Origin: Thalia democratica
Lineage: Eukaryota
Direction of reading: 5' to 3'
Assembly: GCA_965202585.1 (NCBI GenBank)
Contig: OZ241830.1
Span: 71,548,001 to 71,612,000 of the forward strand
DNA length: 64,000 bases
Part shown: piece after piece, positions 24,122 through 38,538 of the stretch
How the letters are laid out: every line of letters starts with the position of its first letter
Position numbering within the stretch: position 1 is the stretch's first letter
Made by a program: the position numbers and the translations under genes
The notes under the pieces: generated by a model
Told to the model about the DNA's origin: nothing
Databases searched by the model: none
The model's input: the letters and a program-made list of their open reading frames with translations, nothing else

Positions 24122-24310
24122 TTACTTTATCATATGTCGACAAGACGATATGAATTCGCTCCTCTTATTTAAACAACCTTCCTTTTTTAACGCATACATA
24201 ACGGCTGTTGGTTCTTTTAAGCACAGCTTACAAACAGGGTTATTACCATCTGCTATTGGCTGCGCTCTTTTTATCACCCCCCAAGTTAATTTAAAATGAA
24301 TGTTTATACA
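24122..24310 (-). mobile_element. Penelope-like element 3' fragment (GIY-YIG endonuclease C-terminus)
   Basis: Hand translation NIHFKLTWGVIKRAQPIADGNNPVCKLCLKEPTAVMYALKKEGCLNKRSEFISSCRHMIK* matches the W..I....C.LC..E.....LNKRSE....CRH signature of Penelope ORF ends. Confidence 0.7.
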
Positions 24311-24799
24311 TATAACTATAGAGAGAGAATAAGGTGTTTATTTAAACTAAAGTTGATAAGACGTTCAGCTTTGGTGTATGACGAAATAATATAAGGTTTT
24401 ATTATTATTTAAGTACCATACTTTTGACTAACTTCTTTTTCGTTTTATCTTTTTTACTAAGTGATGCCGATTCATTTTTAAATTTATTCACAATAAAAAT
24501 CTTTAAATAGTTTGGAAGTCCTTAAAACTGAAACAATTCTTGAGTTCTTGATATCCTTATTTAAACTTTGATGAGTCCTTACTATATTAGTATTAATAGA
24601 TTCATCATTAGTATATTAGCTTGTTCTAGCTCGTTATATAAGGACTTTGTCAACCATATCGGCACTGCAATTTAAATACACAAAAATTCTAAAGCGCAAA
24701 GTATTCAATAATACAAACAAGTTTTTATTATTATTAATATTTGTACGACACAAAAGTTTTTGTTTTTAATATTTGAATGTGTTGAACTTTCTTCTCGAC

Positions 24800-25860
24800 T
24801 AAAACTGTTAACAAAGACAGTCAACAAGACATTTGTGAACCATCAAAGTTTCTAACAAATTGCTTAAAATCTGCAAGTAAAATTGAAGTAGATATTCTCA
24901 GTTATTACTGCAGATTGCTACTAAATTAATTTGAACGCAGCTTATTTTTGTCTATTTTCTTTGTTGAGAATGTTTGTTCATAAATATATGTAGACCCAAA
25001 CAGAACAAATAACTTCATAGCCATCTTTTTTAAATTAATAAACTTTGACTTAAAATTTTTCAATTTTAAACTTTACTTTTAGTGTACTGTCACATTGAAG
25101 TTTAATTAGTTCTAAATGTAATTACCAAGTGCATCTTTAATGTCAAACGTCATCGGTGATGAAACAATGTCAAATTCATCACTAAATTGTTTCAAGTTTG
25201 CAAAACGACGAACGAATTCATTATCAAGTGAAACTATGATATTATTTTAGTTATTTAGTCTCAATTTTTAATTTTTGCGAAATGCGTAAAGTTATTCTCA
25301 TTGAGATGGCGAGAAAAAAGTTCTAACTTTAATCCAAATGCCTTTACTACTAAGTAAAGTTGATGAGCAAAAGTATCTTTTCGCAGTAGTTTGGTATTCA
25401 ATTCTTTCATATGCCCAAATAAGTCAACCATGAATGCAAAGTCTGAAAGCCATTGCGTCATTCAAACATGGTCCAAAACTTTCCCTAAACTCAACCAGTG
25501 TGACCTGAGTCGGAATTTTTGAGAAGCGTTTTAAATTACCTGTGATTAAGATCTCTTGCTCGGATAAAATTAAATATCTTTACAACCGGGTTTACTACAT
25601 GTTGCATATCAAGAAATTTTTTACATAACACCTCCTGGTCTGTTTCTAGTGTAAAAATATCAATTTTCTTCCTCGACCAACCTCTGCAACTTTGTCACCA
25701 AGTCTTTTTAGCAAAGCAACATATTTTCCTGCTAATGCTAGAGGCCATTAGTAGTAACACTTACCGTATTTTCCTATGATAAGTTTATTTACAAATTACA
25801 TTATCAACACTTAGTAAAATATCGTTCCCAGTACTTGTTTTACTTATGTTCATCAAACGG
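24800..25860 (-). pseudogene. Decayed hAT transposase (GTF2IRD2/SPIN-like)
   Basis: Fragments QEVLCKKFLDMQHVVNPVVKIFNFIRARDLNHR, WLSDFAFMVDLFGHMKELNTKL and the dimerisation domain LFGSTYIYEQTFS...LRISTS, with multiple stops and frameshifts. Confidence 0.85.
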
Positions 25861-26029
25861 TTATCACTAAACTATACTATATAACTAATTGATCGATCAG
25901 GTCGCTTATCTGTTCGAATTTGTAAGTTTCTAAAAAAATTGAACCCATCTGGTTGCAAATCTATAAGCAGTATCCCTTATCTAAAAAAGCAAACATAGCA
26001 CTGCAGAAGTTAATTTTTGTTGGTATAAT

Positions 26030-26395
26030 GAGAAAATATATTTCCAGGAAAATGATGATGTTGCGTGTTCCCACAAGGTAATAAATGACGAAGCTGCAGA
26101 TAACTATAGCAAGATTTTGATTTAAAACCAGCTACTTTCCTTTCACCTGAGGACTCAAATTGTAAATGTGCAGGCCAACCCTATACAAAGCTGTGATTCT
26201 GCATTGTCTCGTTTGGATTCTTATAATAAACCTGGGTTTTCTGAAAGAGTTTTGATGAACCATGGAGTGTCACCAGAGAATGAGCTACGTCGTTCTGATC
26301 GCGTGAGAACCCGGAGAAGTATTTACGATGCCGAAAGTGCCTATAAACTTGTTAAAACTGTCTTTTACATTTGTTTTATTGAGTTGGTTATTTAA
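26030..26395 (+). mobile_element. Possible Gypsy-type pol C-terminal remnant
   Basis: SRLDSYNKPGFSE...ELRRSDRVRTRRSIYDA resembles the LRRS-x-R tail after LTR-retrotransposon integrases. Upstream frames are broken. Confidence 0.35.
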
Positions 26396-26399
26396 GCTG

Positions 26400-26631
26400 C
26401 TTTTCGTGCTTAGTTAAATTAAAATTCAGTTATTTAAATGTATTTTTTGACAACTCCAATTATTTTTAATCAAAAAAAAGTTTAGTAGCTATATAAAATA
26501 TTTTCAATGTTGTTGTACTGTTTAACAGTTTTTGTTGTTGTTATTGTTGTTGTTGTTGTATTTAAAAAGACACAAAAACGTCTACTTTCAAAAACCTGGA
26601 AGAAATTCTTCTCAAACCAGTGGCAACCCTG
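26400..26631. mobile_element. hAT MITE right end
   Basis: Ends in cagtggcaaccctg, the reverse complement of CAGGGTTGCCACTG. Same family as 60548-60871. Confidence 0.6.
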
Positions 26632-28633
26632 AATTCAGTTTTACTTAAAATTCGTTACTTAATTATGGATAACTGGTAATACTCATGCTTATTTAGTTCT
26701 AGTTTTAATTACTATTTTCTTGACAGTTTTTCTCTAGTTTAGATGTAGTTAATTAAAAATTTTGTTTATATCTTTTTTAGTAATAACAAATTTAAATTGT
26801 CAATGCATCTTAGTATTTTAAACGTATTAGTGGTTAGCAAAAATTGCAGCTTTTATTTGTTAAATGTTGTTTAATTATTGTCATTTTTCAAGGTTCATAA
26901 AATTTTTAGTTGGTAAGAAATTAGACAATCAACATTCAGTTTTTTATTTATTAATTTTTATCATGTAGTAATAAGAAAAACGTTACAGAATTTCAATCAG
27001 TAATTTTACAATATAAGACAAACAAAAATTAATGATATCAATATAGAATTAAAAAACTTTTTTGTGAAGATACAGGTTAGACAATATTGTTTTCATTATT
27101 AACAACTAAATATAAAATTCATCCAAGGACATATTGAATGCTATACGTTGTCTTCCAACTGCAGAATCTGTGTTTAAAAATATTTTAAACAGAATAATTT
27201 CACTAACATAAATACTCAATTTTTAACTTATAAAAGATACTTTTGTTTTTAAATATTTTGTATGGTAGAAATAAATAAAAAATAACTAAGTGCGGCATTG
27301 TAAACCATAACATAAGTACTAACTAAGCAATTTTTATTTAAGCTGCTAAAAAATGCAATGATTTTTGGCAGTGTTTTACAGCTTGTACATATGTCTAACG
27401 TGCACGACTATTCTAGTTCTTAAATTTATTTTAAAAGGGCCACAGCTAAAAACTGCTTTTGTACAATTGCAAATATTAATTTATTATAAAGTTGTAATGA
27501 AATCAATATTTCATTTTTACACGGCTCTAATTTCCCTATTAATTTGCAATATTCTGATAAGTCGCTATTAAAAATTTATGAAAATCCTTAGAAATTACGC
27601 TTTTTTACTTTGAAATTTGAAAGCTAAAACTGCAACACCGCATGGTGAAAAAATGCAGTAAAATATATGTTAGTTTTTTTTAATTTGTACCTCAGTACAA
27701 AACTGTGACCTTAATCCGCCACCCACGAAGACAGTTTTACACCAAGGATCATGTTTGCACGAGAAAATAAATATATAAAATAAAACTAAGAAGATCAATT
27801 TATACAAAAAAAAGTACTGACCGGGCAAATTCCGACCCTATTAAACATTGATAGTAAATACTAAATAAGAAATTATAACTAAAAAAAATAATATTAATTT
27901 TTAGATGGAAATTTTGCGCGGGTGGGATTCGATCGGGTGGGAAATGCAAAAATACCAGACTTATGTGGTGGACCTCATAAATAAAAATGATGAATTATCA
28001 TTATATCAAATATATTTGGTACACCATATGAAATCATATAACATTTTGTGATTTACAGCTACAAAAATAATAGGAAAAAATAATAATTTAAAAACTCTTT
28101 TATTTTAAGCGGTTATTGTTGTGTGTACACATTTAGGCCAGAAATACTTACAAAAATATCTTTTAAGTTTGTTTTAAAAAGTATTGTCTTTAAATGACTG
28201 AGTGTTGATATATTTTTTAAACTTTCGGCTAAATATTTAGGAAAAATTAAACACTGTAAGTCAATTAACAAAACGTATGACTCACTTTATAACAGGCTTC
28301 AAATAGTTTGTAGCTGTTCCATTATATATCTTCTTAGTATGTTGTTAGCCCAGCTCCTTGGTAAAATAGTGACCCAGTCGTATTTTTTGCTGAACTTAAG
28401 ATAATTTCTGTAAAAATGAACTATTTTGTGGTTAATGTGAATATTATAACCCATACTTTTCTTTTAGTTTAAACAGTTTAAATTTAGCTTGAATAACGCA
28501 CTTGAGCTTGAATAAATTTAGCTTGAATAACGACTTAAAACTTCTTATGAAAAACTAATAAAATTAAATAAATTATATTAATATATGACTTATTGGTTGC
28601 TTTAATTTCAGTTACTTATTACAACATTTACGT

Positions 28634-30621
28634 TCATTTTTTAAATAATTTACTGACACCAATTTCAGAACTAATTAAAGAAAATACAAACCCGTCATCT
28701 GGTTTTTCGAACATGCGTCTCAGCTTATCATAATCTGGTTCCTCTCTAAACTTCAGACTTCTAATAAATAAAATCTCATCATAAAAACTGATTGAAAATT
28801 TTCAAAACAATTTTATTTTCGACTGTTGTAACTGTCTAAGTTCAAACCGTAAAAACTAACTAAATTGTTTGAAATCTTACCTACAATAAGCGATATACTT
28901 AGCAAGCGGGTTGAATCCCCTACACAGCTCATCGAAGTTTGTCGCCATTTTCCGTTCAAGAATCTTCTCAAACATCAGTCTTTTTGACGATGCCTGTAAT
29001 CCGGTCCATGGTAATTTTGTAAAGAATTGAAGTAATACGTATCCAAGACTCTCAAGATCGTCTGCTCTTGAATGATTCCAGCAGTCAGTTGTAAAAGTAG
29101 ACATATATCTGTTGTAAAATAAACGGACACATTACTTACAATTGAAACAATTTTTTATCCATTATTAAAACTATACACTGTTTTACTAGATCAGTTATAA
29201 TAACTAAATGTTATTTTAACCCTTAAAATAAATATTTAATTAATTTTACATTAGTTTATGATTAAGTAATTTAAAAAACAATTGTCTAACCGGATGGTAC
29301 CTAGAGGATAATGAAGTCTTTCACTACGAATGTGCCTTTTATTTCTCATGAATCTACTAGCCAATCCAAAGTCTATAATGTAGACAGAGTTGCGATTATT
29401 ATTCAGCCCCATAACGAAATTCGCCGGTTTTAAGTCCCTGTAGTATAAAAAGTAAATAAATATTTTGCTTCTTTTTGCTTAACATTGTTTTAATAAAGTG
29501 CTTACAATGATAAAACTTATATTTTATAAAAGATTAACAAACTAATTAACAACTTTATAAGACGTCTTAAATATATATATTTTTGTTAATTGTATTGAGT
29601 ATCCACGTGCATTAAAAATAGATATTGAACTAATTACTTTTGCATCAAAAAGTTACAAAAGACTAAAATACGTTATTTAACATTAACAATATTAATATTC
29701 AAGTCAACCTGTGTACAATATTGTGGTAGTGAACAAATTCAAGTGCACTTATCATTTGTATGGCAAGCATTGTAATTGTTTTCCGAGAAAACACCCGATG
29801 AGAATGGTCAAATAAATCTTGCAACGAAGGTCCCAACAAATCCATAGCTAATACATTGTAACTATTTCCTAGAATCATTACATTCTCCTCATAATACTTT
29901 ACTGAAGGAACAACATTAGGATTTGAAATTGTCTGTACATTATTTCAATTTGAACATTAAACTGTTACAATAAATATGTATACTGTCAACTATATAGTTT
30001 TGCTATCAGTTATTCGAAAAAAACTTAATTTATATAGTAACTGTTAGTAAGTTGCAGCAACTTAAATAAATTAAACTTCCTACGTATAATAAAAGGTCGA
30101 CATTAAATTAATTAATTTCATAGAAATTTTAGATAATAAAATAACTGATGTTTTGTATTTAGTTACTTAAAGGCACGTTTTCAAGTTAGTTTAACGAAAT
30201 ACTATAAACTTGAAAATATTTAGTATAAAAATGTTTTAAAAGCATGCCAAATCTCAGTACCTGTTTGATAAAGTTTCGTTTTTAAGTCTTAAACAATAAT
30301 AACAATAAAATAATCATTAAAATTAGTTAAGTACAAATCCGAACATTTAAATATAGTTACTATAACATTAAGTATTACTACTAAATCACTTTATATCCTA
30401 AATAAAAGTTGTATAGCGTACTAATAATATTTAATACAATTTACTTTGTATAAGTGGTATTCATTGTGAAGCCTAGGTGTTCTGTTTCCGCAAAGTTCCA
30501 ACTTTATTGCAACTTCAACCATGGTTTCCTCATTTCTTCCCACGTAAACCTCTCCATAACCCCCTCTCCCAATATGCTCGACCAACTCATATCCTCCCAC
30601 TCTTACTCCGATCAGTGCCAT
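28634..30621 (-). CDS. Divergent casein kinase 1-like Ser/Thr kinase, 5 exons, 300 aa
   Basis: GT-AG exons 30621-30445, 29932-29709, 29437-29291, 29108-28881 and 28760-28634 total 903 nt in one frame. Motifs: GRGGYG, VAIK, NEY, MDLLGPSLQDLF, HRDLKPAN, DFGLA, GTIRY, SRADDLESLGY, LPW, EEPDY. Confidence 0.92.
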
Positions 30622-32853
30622 TGTTTGTTGCTTTGTCACAAAAATTAAATTGTTTATAAAGCTGAAAGTATAAATTAGAATAACTTTATTTTTCTATTCT
30701 GTTCTTTAAAAGTAGCAACAAAAATTCTTTCACAAACAAAACCAAATGTAAATTAAACTCATTTTGAACATATTTTTTTTTTAAACAAATAAGCATTAGA
30801 GAATTATTGTAGAATTAGTTGTACCTCACTTGAGTTGAATTACAAATTTCAGATATACTTAACTTGTTTCTTATCAAAAAGTTCTTTTATCATTTTTACT
30901 TAAGAAAATAGATTACATAAAGTAGAAAACTTGTAATATTTGATACTAAAGTTTTAAATAATTTTGTATCTATTTTTATATAACTTCTAGCACTAATCTA
31001 TAAATACTCAAATTACATATAAAGTAAAATACCTTCATATATATTTTAAAGCTGTTGACTTAAGCAAGATTACTAATTAACTGAAAAATGACTTTTATAA
31101 AATAAAGTAGACATAATACGACACAAATACAACAAAAGTTCAGCAAACTTTAAAATACTGTAACTCGTGATTAATTTTATTAAAGAAGTATAATTAGTAA
31201 TTAAAGCTTTTGATACAAATTAATAAAAATACCGTTTTTTTTAAAACAAAAATGGTAACAATTAAATTCATTATTTTTTTTTTTGTTTTTTAAGGTAAAA
31301 TATGTGGTAAATCTTTTAATAAGTACAAAATAAAAATGTTTGTTTCTTTTTTAACTGTTTTACACCGATTTTTGATGTTAAAAAATTGAAACAATTAAAT
31401 AAAAAGTTAAATAGATAAAATTTATTCAGCTACCTAAAAAATTTGTTTACTAAAAAAAAGTTGTCAGATGTATTTTGTGGGTAACAGAGGAGATTAATCA
31501 TAATGTATATCTCATCATACTTTTTTATTTTGTTCTTAAGACGATAACAATATATGTTTGATGACAAAATTACTGTCATATAATCACTTTATTTGCTAAC
31601 GCACAAGTAAAATAATTGCATTACGTTTAAGAAAGTTGATAAAATAATAATTTAGTCGGTTTTCAACAATTTTTACAATTTAAATAACGACACTAATTGA
31701 AGCCACTTTGACGAGGTGGAGTTTAGTGAGATCTGACTAAAACTAACAAACAAATTTCTGAATTTAGTTTATCGGTTTATTGTGGAATTTTTCACAGCTC
31801 AACTTTTTTTATTACAATTAAGCTAGAATATGATAGAACTAATATTTGATAATTTTATTAATTTTACCATCGATGTATATTAAATGCAATTAGTTAATAG
31901 TTTTAGTTTAGTTATCTGTTTTTATTTTAGCCCCAAATATTTTACTTTATTAAATATTTTCTCTGAAAGAGAATTCACTTTTTTTTCTGCAATACATAAT
32001 TTGTAAGTATCTTTGTTTCCAGTTTTGTTTTTAAAAGTTTAGTAATTAAACTTTTTTTAGATCCGGTTCAAGCCGAATCTTTGTTTGAAAAACAGACATT
32101 ACTAAAAATACATCTAAAACTACTGCAAAAGCTAGTTTTCTAAATTATAAACTTTTCTTCTATAAATTTAAAAAAAAGTATCTAATTATTTAAGGTTTAA
32201 TAGCATTATACAGATAAAAAAAGATTTATTTTTATTAAAAGGACGATTTAACGGAGTAACAGTTCTTTGAAAAATAATGTTGATATACTATATAAACAAA
32301 ATTTATTTAAATATCTAAGGTTTTAAAACTTTTATAAATTACAAAAACCTTTGACTAGTTTTTAAATTAAGTTGAAATTTAAACTCATTAAACTGCTTAT
32401 AATTGATAAAAAATCTCGACTTTATGTTTTTTGCTAAGTTTAAAAAATAGAAAAACAACATCGTAATAGCCAATAAAACATCATACTTTATTGACAGACA
32501 AACTACTTATTCTTGGAAAAAGTTTTATAAAATCAGCAAGCTATTTGCTCTTTAGCGCCTTAAAAATATTAGCCTGTTAATAGAACAAATAGAAGTAAAC
32601 AAAAGTTTAAATTTAAAAAATTCGAATGAAAAACTTTGTAAGATATATTAGTATTGAGAAATAAATAAATGTTTTCAACTTATTAGGATTTTGTTAGTGG
32701 AATCTAGAGCTATTTCTGTTTGTGTTTAGTTTGATCAACTTTTTATAACTAACTTGCTTAAAAAAAATGAACGCATAAAAGTTGATATATTTATTTGTTT
32801 TGCTTTTACATTAAAATTTATCACTTGAATCTTACATGTGTAAATAGTTATCA

Positions 32854-33167
32854 CAGGGTTGCGCAAACTGCAGCCCACGGACCAAACGTGATACGCAAAC
32901 CTAAAAAAATTGGCCTGTGATGTAAACTTCAGCTAAAAATTTAATTATTAAAATAAAGGCAAGTTTGAAATTTTGTGTAAAACAATCTTTTTTATTAATG
33001 CTTTAATTTTTGCCTGTAAGTAAACTACTGTCTAATTTGTTTCTATTATTTAAGGCTTTATTTGTGTGTATTTTATAGTTAAGTTAATTTTATCGATAAT
33101 TATTTTCTCTGCGAACAAGTTTTTAATTAAACCTGACCCGTAATTTGTGAGTGGTTGCCGACCCCTG
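32854..33167. mobile_element. hAT (Charlie-like) MITE
   Basis: Left end cagggttgcgcaaactgcagccc, right end ggttgccgacccctg (imperfect TIRs). A further left-end remnant lies at about 33295. Confidence 0.55.
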
Positions 33168-33408
33168 CTTATAGTACCAACTGGTATGCTAAAAATTTCC
33201 ATCTCAATTTTAGTCTGTCACGCAACAATTTTACTCTTAAATGTTTTAAATGGTTTACTTTACTTGTACTTTTTATTTTCAAAGTTGCTGTATACTAAGG
33301 GTGGGCAACTTACGGCAAAATCTAAAATGTTAAGTACAAGTCTTTAGCCCGCAACTTGTGTTTAGCTTTCAAATGAGATTTGTGTGAATTAAATGTATAA
33401 GAAGTATT

Positions 33409-35164
33409 TACAACAAATATGGAAACATTCTTTTAATTTGGATCTATATGTACAGTAGTGCTTTTCTTACAAGCATATATTAATAATTTAAAGTTCTTAT
33501 AGTTCGTTAGTATCCTTACTGTAATTTTTTAAATAACTCAAGTATTTCATTACTCAAGATTTTTCAAATAACCTAAGCCCTCAAAATAATCTTTTTTCCT
33601 GGTAAATATTACTAGGACACTAGAAAAGTTGCAAGCCCTATTGTACAACAAAGTGTATTAAAAGTTTGTCTTTAAAGTCAGTCTTTTTTGCCTGTTACAA
33701 ATATGCACCTTTTATATATATATTTACTTTCACCAGTGTAAAAAATACGAAGCTTTGTAACATACAAATGCGGTTTTAATATTTATTGAACGACAACTTT
33801 AAAACTTATCTCTAAAAAACTTAAAAAAAACCGATACTTTTCATAAAAATTGGTGATTAAATGCACTTTTCTAAAGTATCATTTATGTAGTTTTTAGTGA
33901 TACTGTGTATACTAAAATTAGTGATTGGTTAAATTTTAATTTTTACATATATTCTTTGGTATTAAGTAAAGATTTACTGGATTAAAAGTTTTTATCTAGC
34001 TACATTCAAGTCAAGTTTAAATTTGAATTTTGTGTTAAGAATTTGAATCTTTAAATGATAAGATTTTCTTAAAAAGGTATTTTTCATTATTATATTAGCT
34101 ATAGTCCTGTCCTTGACTAGACATTACAATGTATCCATGTGCCTCGATAACCTTAAGGTTCTTCCAGGGTTGCCAAATGTTTTTGGAAAAATTTTTCCAG
34201 GTTTTCAAAATTTCTTCCAGGCTTTTAAAATTACACGTTTTAGGGTTCAATTTTAGTTTGAAAATAAGTTTAAGTAAAATTTTTATTTTTTTCCATCAAG
34301 TTGTTAAAAAGTTTTTCACGTCTGCTGCTGTTTTTTTTTTTTATTATAACTTGGTTTTGATTTTTGAAAAATATTTTGCAAACTTTTTTTAACTGGAATT
34401 GTTTGACTGAGTAATATATTTACATATCTTCGATTATTTTTTTCTATTATAAAGACAAGTTAGTAATTAATTTTAACTATTAGATTTTTTAGTTTCTTAT
34501 GTTAAAAAGATTTCGTTTTAAACTTACAATTTAAAGCATTTTTTAAATTATCAATAATAAAGTATTTTAAGGGATTACTATCATTTCTAACCCGATTAAA
34601 TCTATCTCAATTTTTTCTAACCCAATAACATCTAACCCGATTACTTCTAACCAGATAATTCCTAAGTCAGTCACTTCTAACCCATCATTTCTAAACAGAA
34701 CATATCTAACTCCATCAATCTACCATCAAGTAAAAATTTGATTTCATTACATTTTTTTGATGATAATATGTCATAAAATTAACAATAAAGTTGTTTTATA
34801 ATAGAAAATAATTTACATTCTCTCAAAGAAAGCTTAGTAGTTATTTAGTTTTAATTCTAATAAATTTTCTAATAAAATTTAGTTTAACCTATACTATTTC
34901 AATTTATGTCATATTTTTTATTTTATACTTTTATCAATTACATAAATCAAACTTTTTCATTTATATTGTATAAGATTCACCACACAGTTTTTTAATATCA
35001 TGAAATTGTTCTTTGTTTGACTATGTAAACTGTTGAAACTAAATTTAAGTTAGACCTCTTTGTCATTTACGTAAGTTAGATAATTTTAACGTAATTAAAT
35101 GAAAACTGTTTAACCTTTAAAAACTTAATTTTCATATACAAAGTCTTTAAATTACAATCTATAA
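33409..35164 (+). repeat. Copy B of the dispersed duplication (partner 1300-4104)
   Basis: Collinear with copy A but lacking the palindrome insertion and about 450 bp. It ends at the left TIR of the Buster element. Confidence 0.9.
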
Positions 35165-38100
35165 CAGGGTTTCCCAAACTCATTTACTAAATCGCCCCCT
35201 TTTTAGAAATTTGAAAAAAAATCGCCCCCCATTATTTTATAAAGTAGTTTTTTCTTCTTGAGTACGCACTTTTGAGCCAAAATAGTTGTATTCGAAATAT
35301 AATTTAGTCTGGAACTTCTAATGCGCGCACTTTTGGGCTGTGTCAAAAGTAATTTACAGAGCTTGAAAAATTATTTTGCAGTTATTTTCTTATAAGCCAA
35401 GTAAATTGTATTAAAATACTTAAATATTTAAAAGCCTTTTTTAATCTGTAAACCATTCTGTTTAAATATGAATTGTTCTTAAACAAATAAAACCTTTAGG
35501 TTAGTTGTAGACAACGTTTTTAGTCAGCAAGTCATTTTTACTAAAAAATCCTTTCTAAAGTTGACTTGTTAAAAAATGTACTTGCGGGCCGCGTAATTTA
35601 AAAAGCTAACATATAAGAAAATTTAAAAACTCGAGCAAAATTGTAATAAATTGATTTACTTTTGTTGTGATCTAGGAAGTACTATTGTGAACAGAAAACC
35701 AAACTAATAGCGTATTTCAAAGTATTAAGTATCAAAAAACTAAATTTTACTTATTTTGCACAAGTAGTTTACAAGTTACTTAGCGGGCCGAAATTTGACT
35801 GGATCTGGACCGTAAGTTACCCATCTAAAATCTTAACTGAAACTTGACATAATAATAATCTCTTAAATAACGAATTTCGGACATTTAGAAGTGAATTCTA
35901 AGTAACTTATTTAAGTCGCTTAATATACTTAAACTATTTCATAAATAGGCATATTCTAAAATTACTTTACCATAGATTAAAAAACTACAAAAGAATGAAC
36001 AGCTTATTTTACACATAAGAAAATAAATGTTAAAACATCATTGCTGATATAGTTTTAGGAAGTTTGACCGACTAGTTGATTATCTCCCATGAAAAGTGTT
36101 TTTTTCAATAGCTTCTGTTAATGCAGAAAAGTTATTAATTTCAATGCTAAAATATATTATAAGCAAGTTAGTTGTAAAGTTAAAGTTTAATTTTATAAAC
36201 TATATAATTCGTAGTAGAGTACTATGAAACAGTATTTGACTTGAAATAACCTTTTAAAAACTAGACCTTAATCCTAACAATGTTCTATTTTATTTATTTA
36301 TTTATTTTATATCAAAAAACAAAAATAAAGGTGTTACAGTTAATTTTGTGAACAGAAAGTAATCAATTATTTTTTTTATTACATTTAAATTTTGCTTTGT
36401 AACTGTAGTAGTCTTTTCGATGGCTTATTTAATTCTGTTTAAAAATGAATTTGTTTTCTAGCTACAACCTATAATAATTTATCATAGGAAAACAGTGAAA
36501 AATTATAAGCTAGGGTAGAAATATCAAAATAAACAAAACATTTTAATTGTCAAAATATTTTGAATTAAGATAAAACAAAAAACAGTTGTACTACTAGTTT
36601 AAAATTCCTTAATATACACATTTTTCTACAATAATAAATCAAGTTAGAAAATAAAACTGACTTTAAGAATCTTTTTAGTGAAATAGTTAAAGTCATTTCA
36701 AATAGAGACCTCAAATCTATACTCTTTTAAATTCAAAAAATATTTTGTGCAATAAAAAATTTAATGGTTTCAAGATGATTTTCTTATACAGATTAAACAA
36801 GTAATAACAAAAATCTGTCAAATAAGTATCTTTTAAACAAGCACTTATCACTATGCTCTAGAAACTTTTAGTGTAATGTAAAACAACAAATATAAAATAC
36901 AAAATTAACTATGTCAAAACATAATTATAAATAACTATAAAACATAAACCACTCAATAAATAGATACTTCCGCTTGAATTTGCACTTTGAACAAAATCAA
37001 AAAGTGCGAACTCAAAAATGCATTATCATTTTTTTACAAAATGATAAACTTCAATATGTTATAATGCAATAATGTTATGAAAAAGCGTAAAATCCACTAA
37101 ACATGAAATAAACTTTTATTAAAAATGATTGATCTATATAAACTGTTAAGTATAATAGAATTTTGAATTTACCAATACTTATTTAGCTATATACTTTATC
37201 TAAGTTGAATTTAAAAAATTATAATTTGAACTTTTTTTGGGTAAAAAGTGCGAACTCAAGAGATGTCTACCGTAATTAATAGTCATAAAGCATTAAGCAA
37301 ACCTGATGTAGAATAGATAACTTAATAAAATTAATATTATAAAAAGACTACTTAAATGCAATACAAAACAGCTTAAATAAAAATCTTTTTTAATTTCAAT
37401 TAAAATTGAACACCTTACAGAAAATAATGTCTGCAACTTAATTCTAATCTAATGTGAAGGATGAGCTTTATGACTGCTTGCAAGTTTTTCTATACCTGGT
37501 TGTAAATCAGTCAAATAAAGTCACCCCCTTTACAAATATCTAGATTATATACTTAATTCAAGATGTTGATAACTGAACTGAAAGTTTTCTCAACAACATA
37601 GCTAGAAGGAAAAGCTATAAACAGCAATCTAACTTCCTCCCAAATGACGGGATACTTTTGCCTTAGTTTTTATTGAGTCCAAAGCTTTCATGTCGTTCGT
37701 TAAAAAAAATTGCTTTAAGTTCAAGGTAAGCTTGTAAGTCTGAGAAAGTTTTCTGTAAGTCAACGTTTACTTCAGACAGGTAATAAGAAGCTAATTTTCC
37801 ATCTTTAATACTTTGTTTAGATTTCTTGAACAAGTTTGTGATTTTACACTGTTTTGTTTTCTCATCTCCATGTTTTATGGAAAACTCTACATTCTTATCT
37901 ACATGTTTGGAATGAAACCAATACTTTGCGTTACAGAATAGACTTTTTTTGTTAAAGTTTTACCTCAGGGTCAACTATTTAATGGCAAGCTAAAATTAGT
38001 AAAATAACAATATGGAAAGTAAAATTTTATAACTGCCCAAAGTTATAAAATCGCCCCCCATTCGCCTCCTTACTAGTTATCGCCCCCCCCCCCCCCCCTT

Positions 38101-38180
38101 TCGCCCCTTTACTAAAATTCACCCCCAAATTACTAAAATCGCCCCCAGGGGGGCGATATCGCCCACTTTGGGAAACCCTA
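35165..38180 (-). mobile_element. Non-autonomous composite Buster/Charlie hAT element, copy 1
   Basis: TIRs CAGGGTTTCCCAAA / TTTGGGAAACCCTA, TCGCCCCC subterminal repeats, and flanks atcTAtaa / atcTAaac (Buster-like nnnTAnnn, imperfect TSD). Transposase remnants at about 37420-37990 have an internal deletion relative to copy 2. Confidence 0.85.
35242..37272. mobile_element. Nested TIR element (possibly Tc1/pogo-like) inside the Buster copy
   Basis: Left gtag...tcttgagtacgcactttt and right aaaaagtgcgaactcaagagatgtctaccg|TA form imperfect inverted ends. Internal gtgcgaactc repeats are present. Confidence 0.55.
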
Positions 38181-38538
38181 ATCTAAACAAAGTTTTAGTA
38201 ACATTTATTGAAAGTTTAAGTGTAAATGAGACCAAGTTTTACTAAGCATGCAAATGAAAACAAGTTAAGTATCTGTATAGAACTAGTCAAAACTGTAAAA
38301 ACAATAGTATGTTACTAACAATTTTGTAGTATTGTAGCTTTTTAAAAATCCTTAAAAGTTTATAGTTAATAAAAAAAACTTTTCTGTTATTTTCGGTTTT
38401 AATAAAAGTAATCAAAAGAAAAATCGAAAAAAATTTAGACAAGAAGTATAAAGGATAAATGAGTACTAAACGTAAATGCTCGCCCAAAAAGTACACAAAT
38501 ACAGATAAAACTTTAGAAATCATTGCATATAATAGTTG

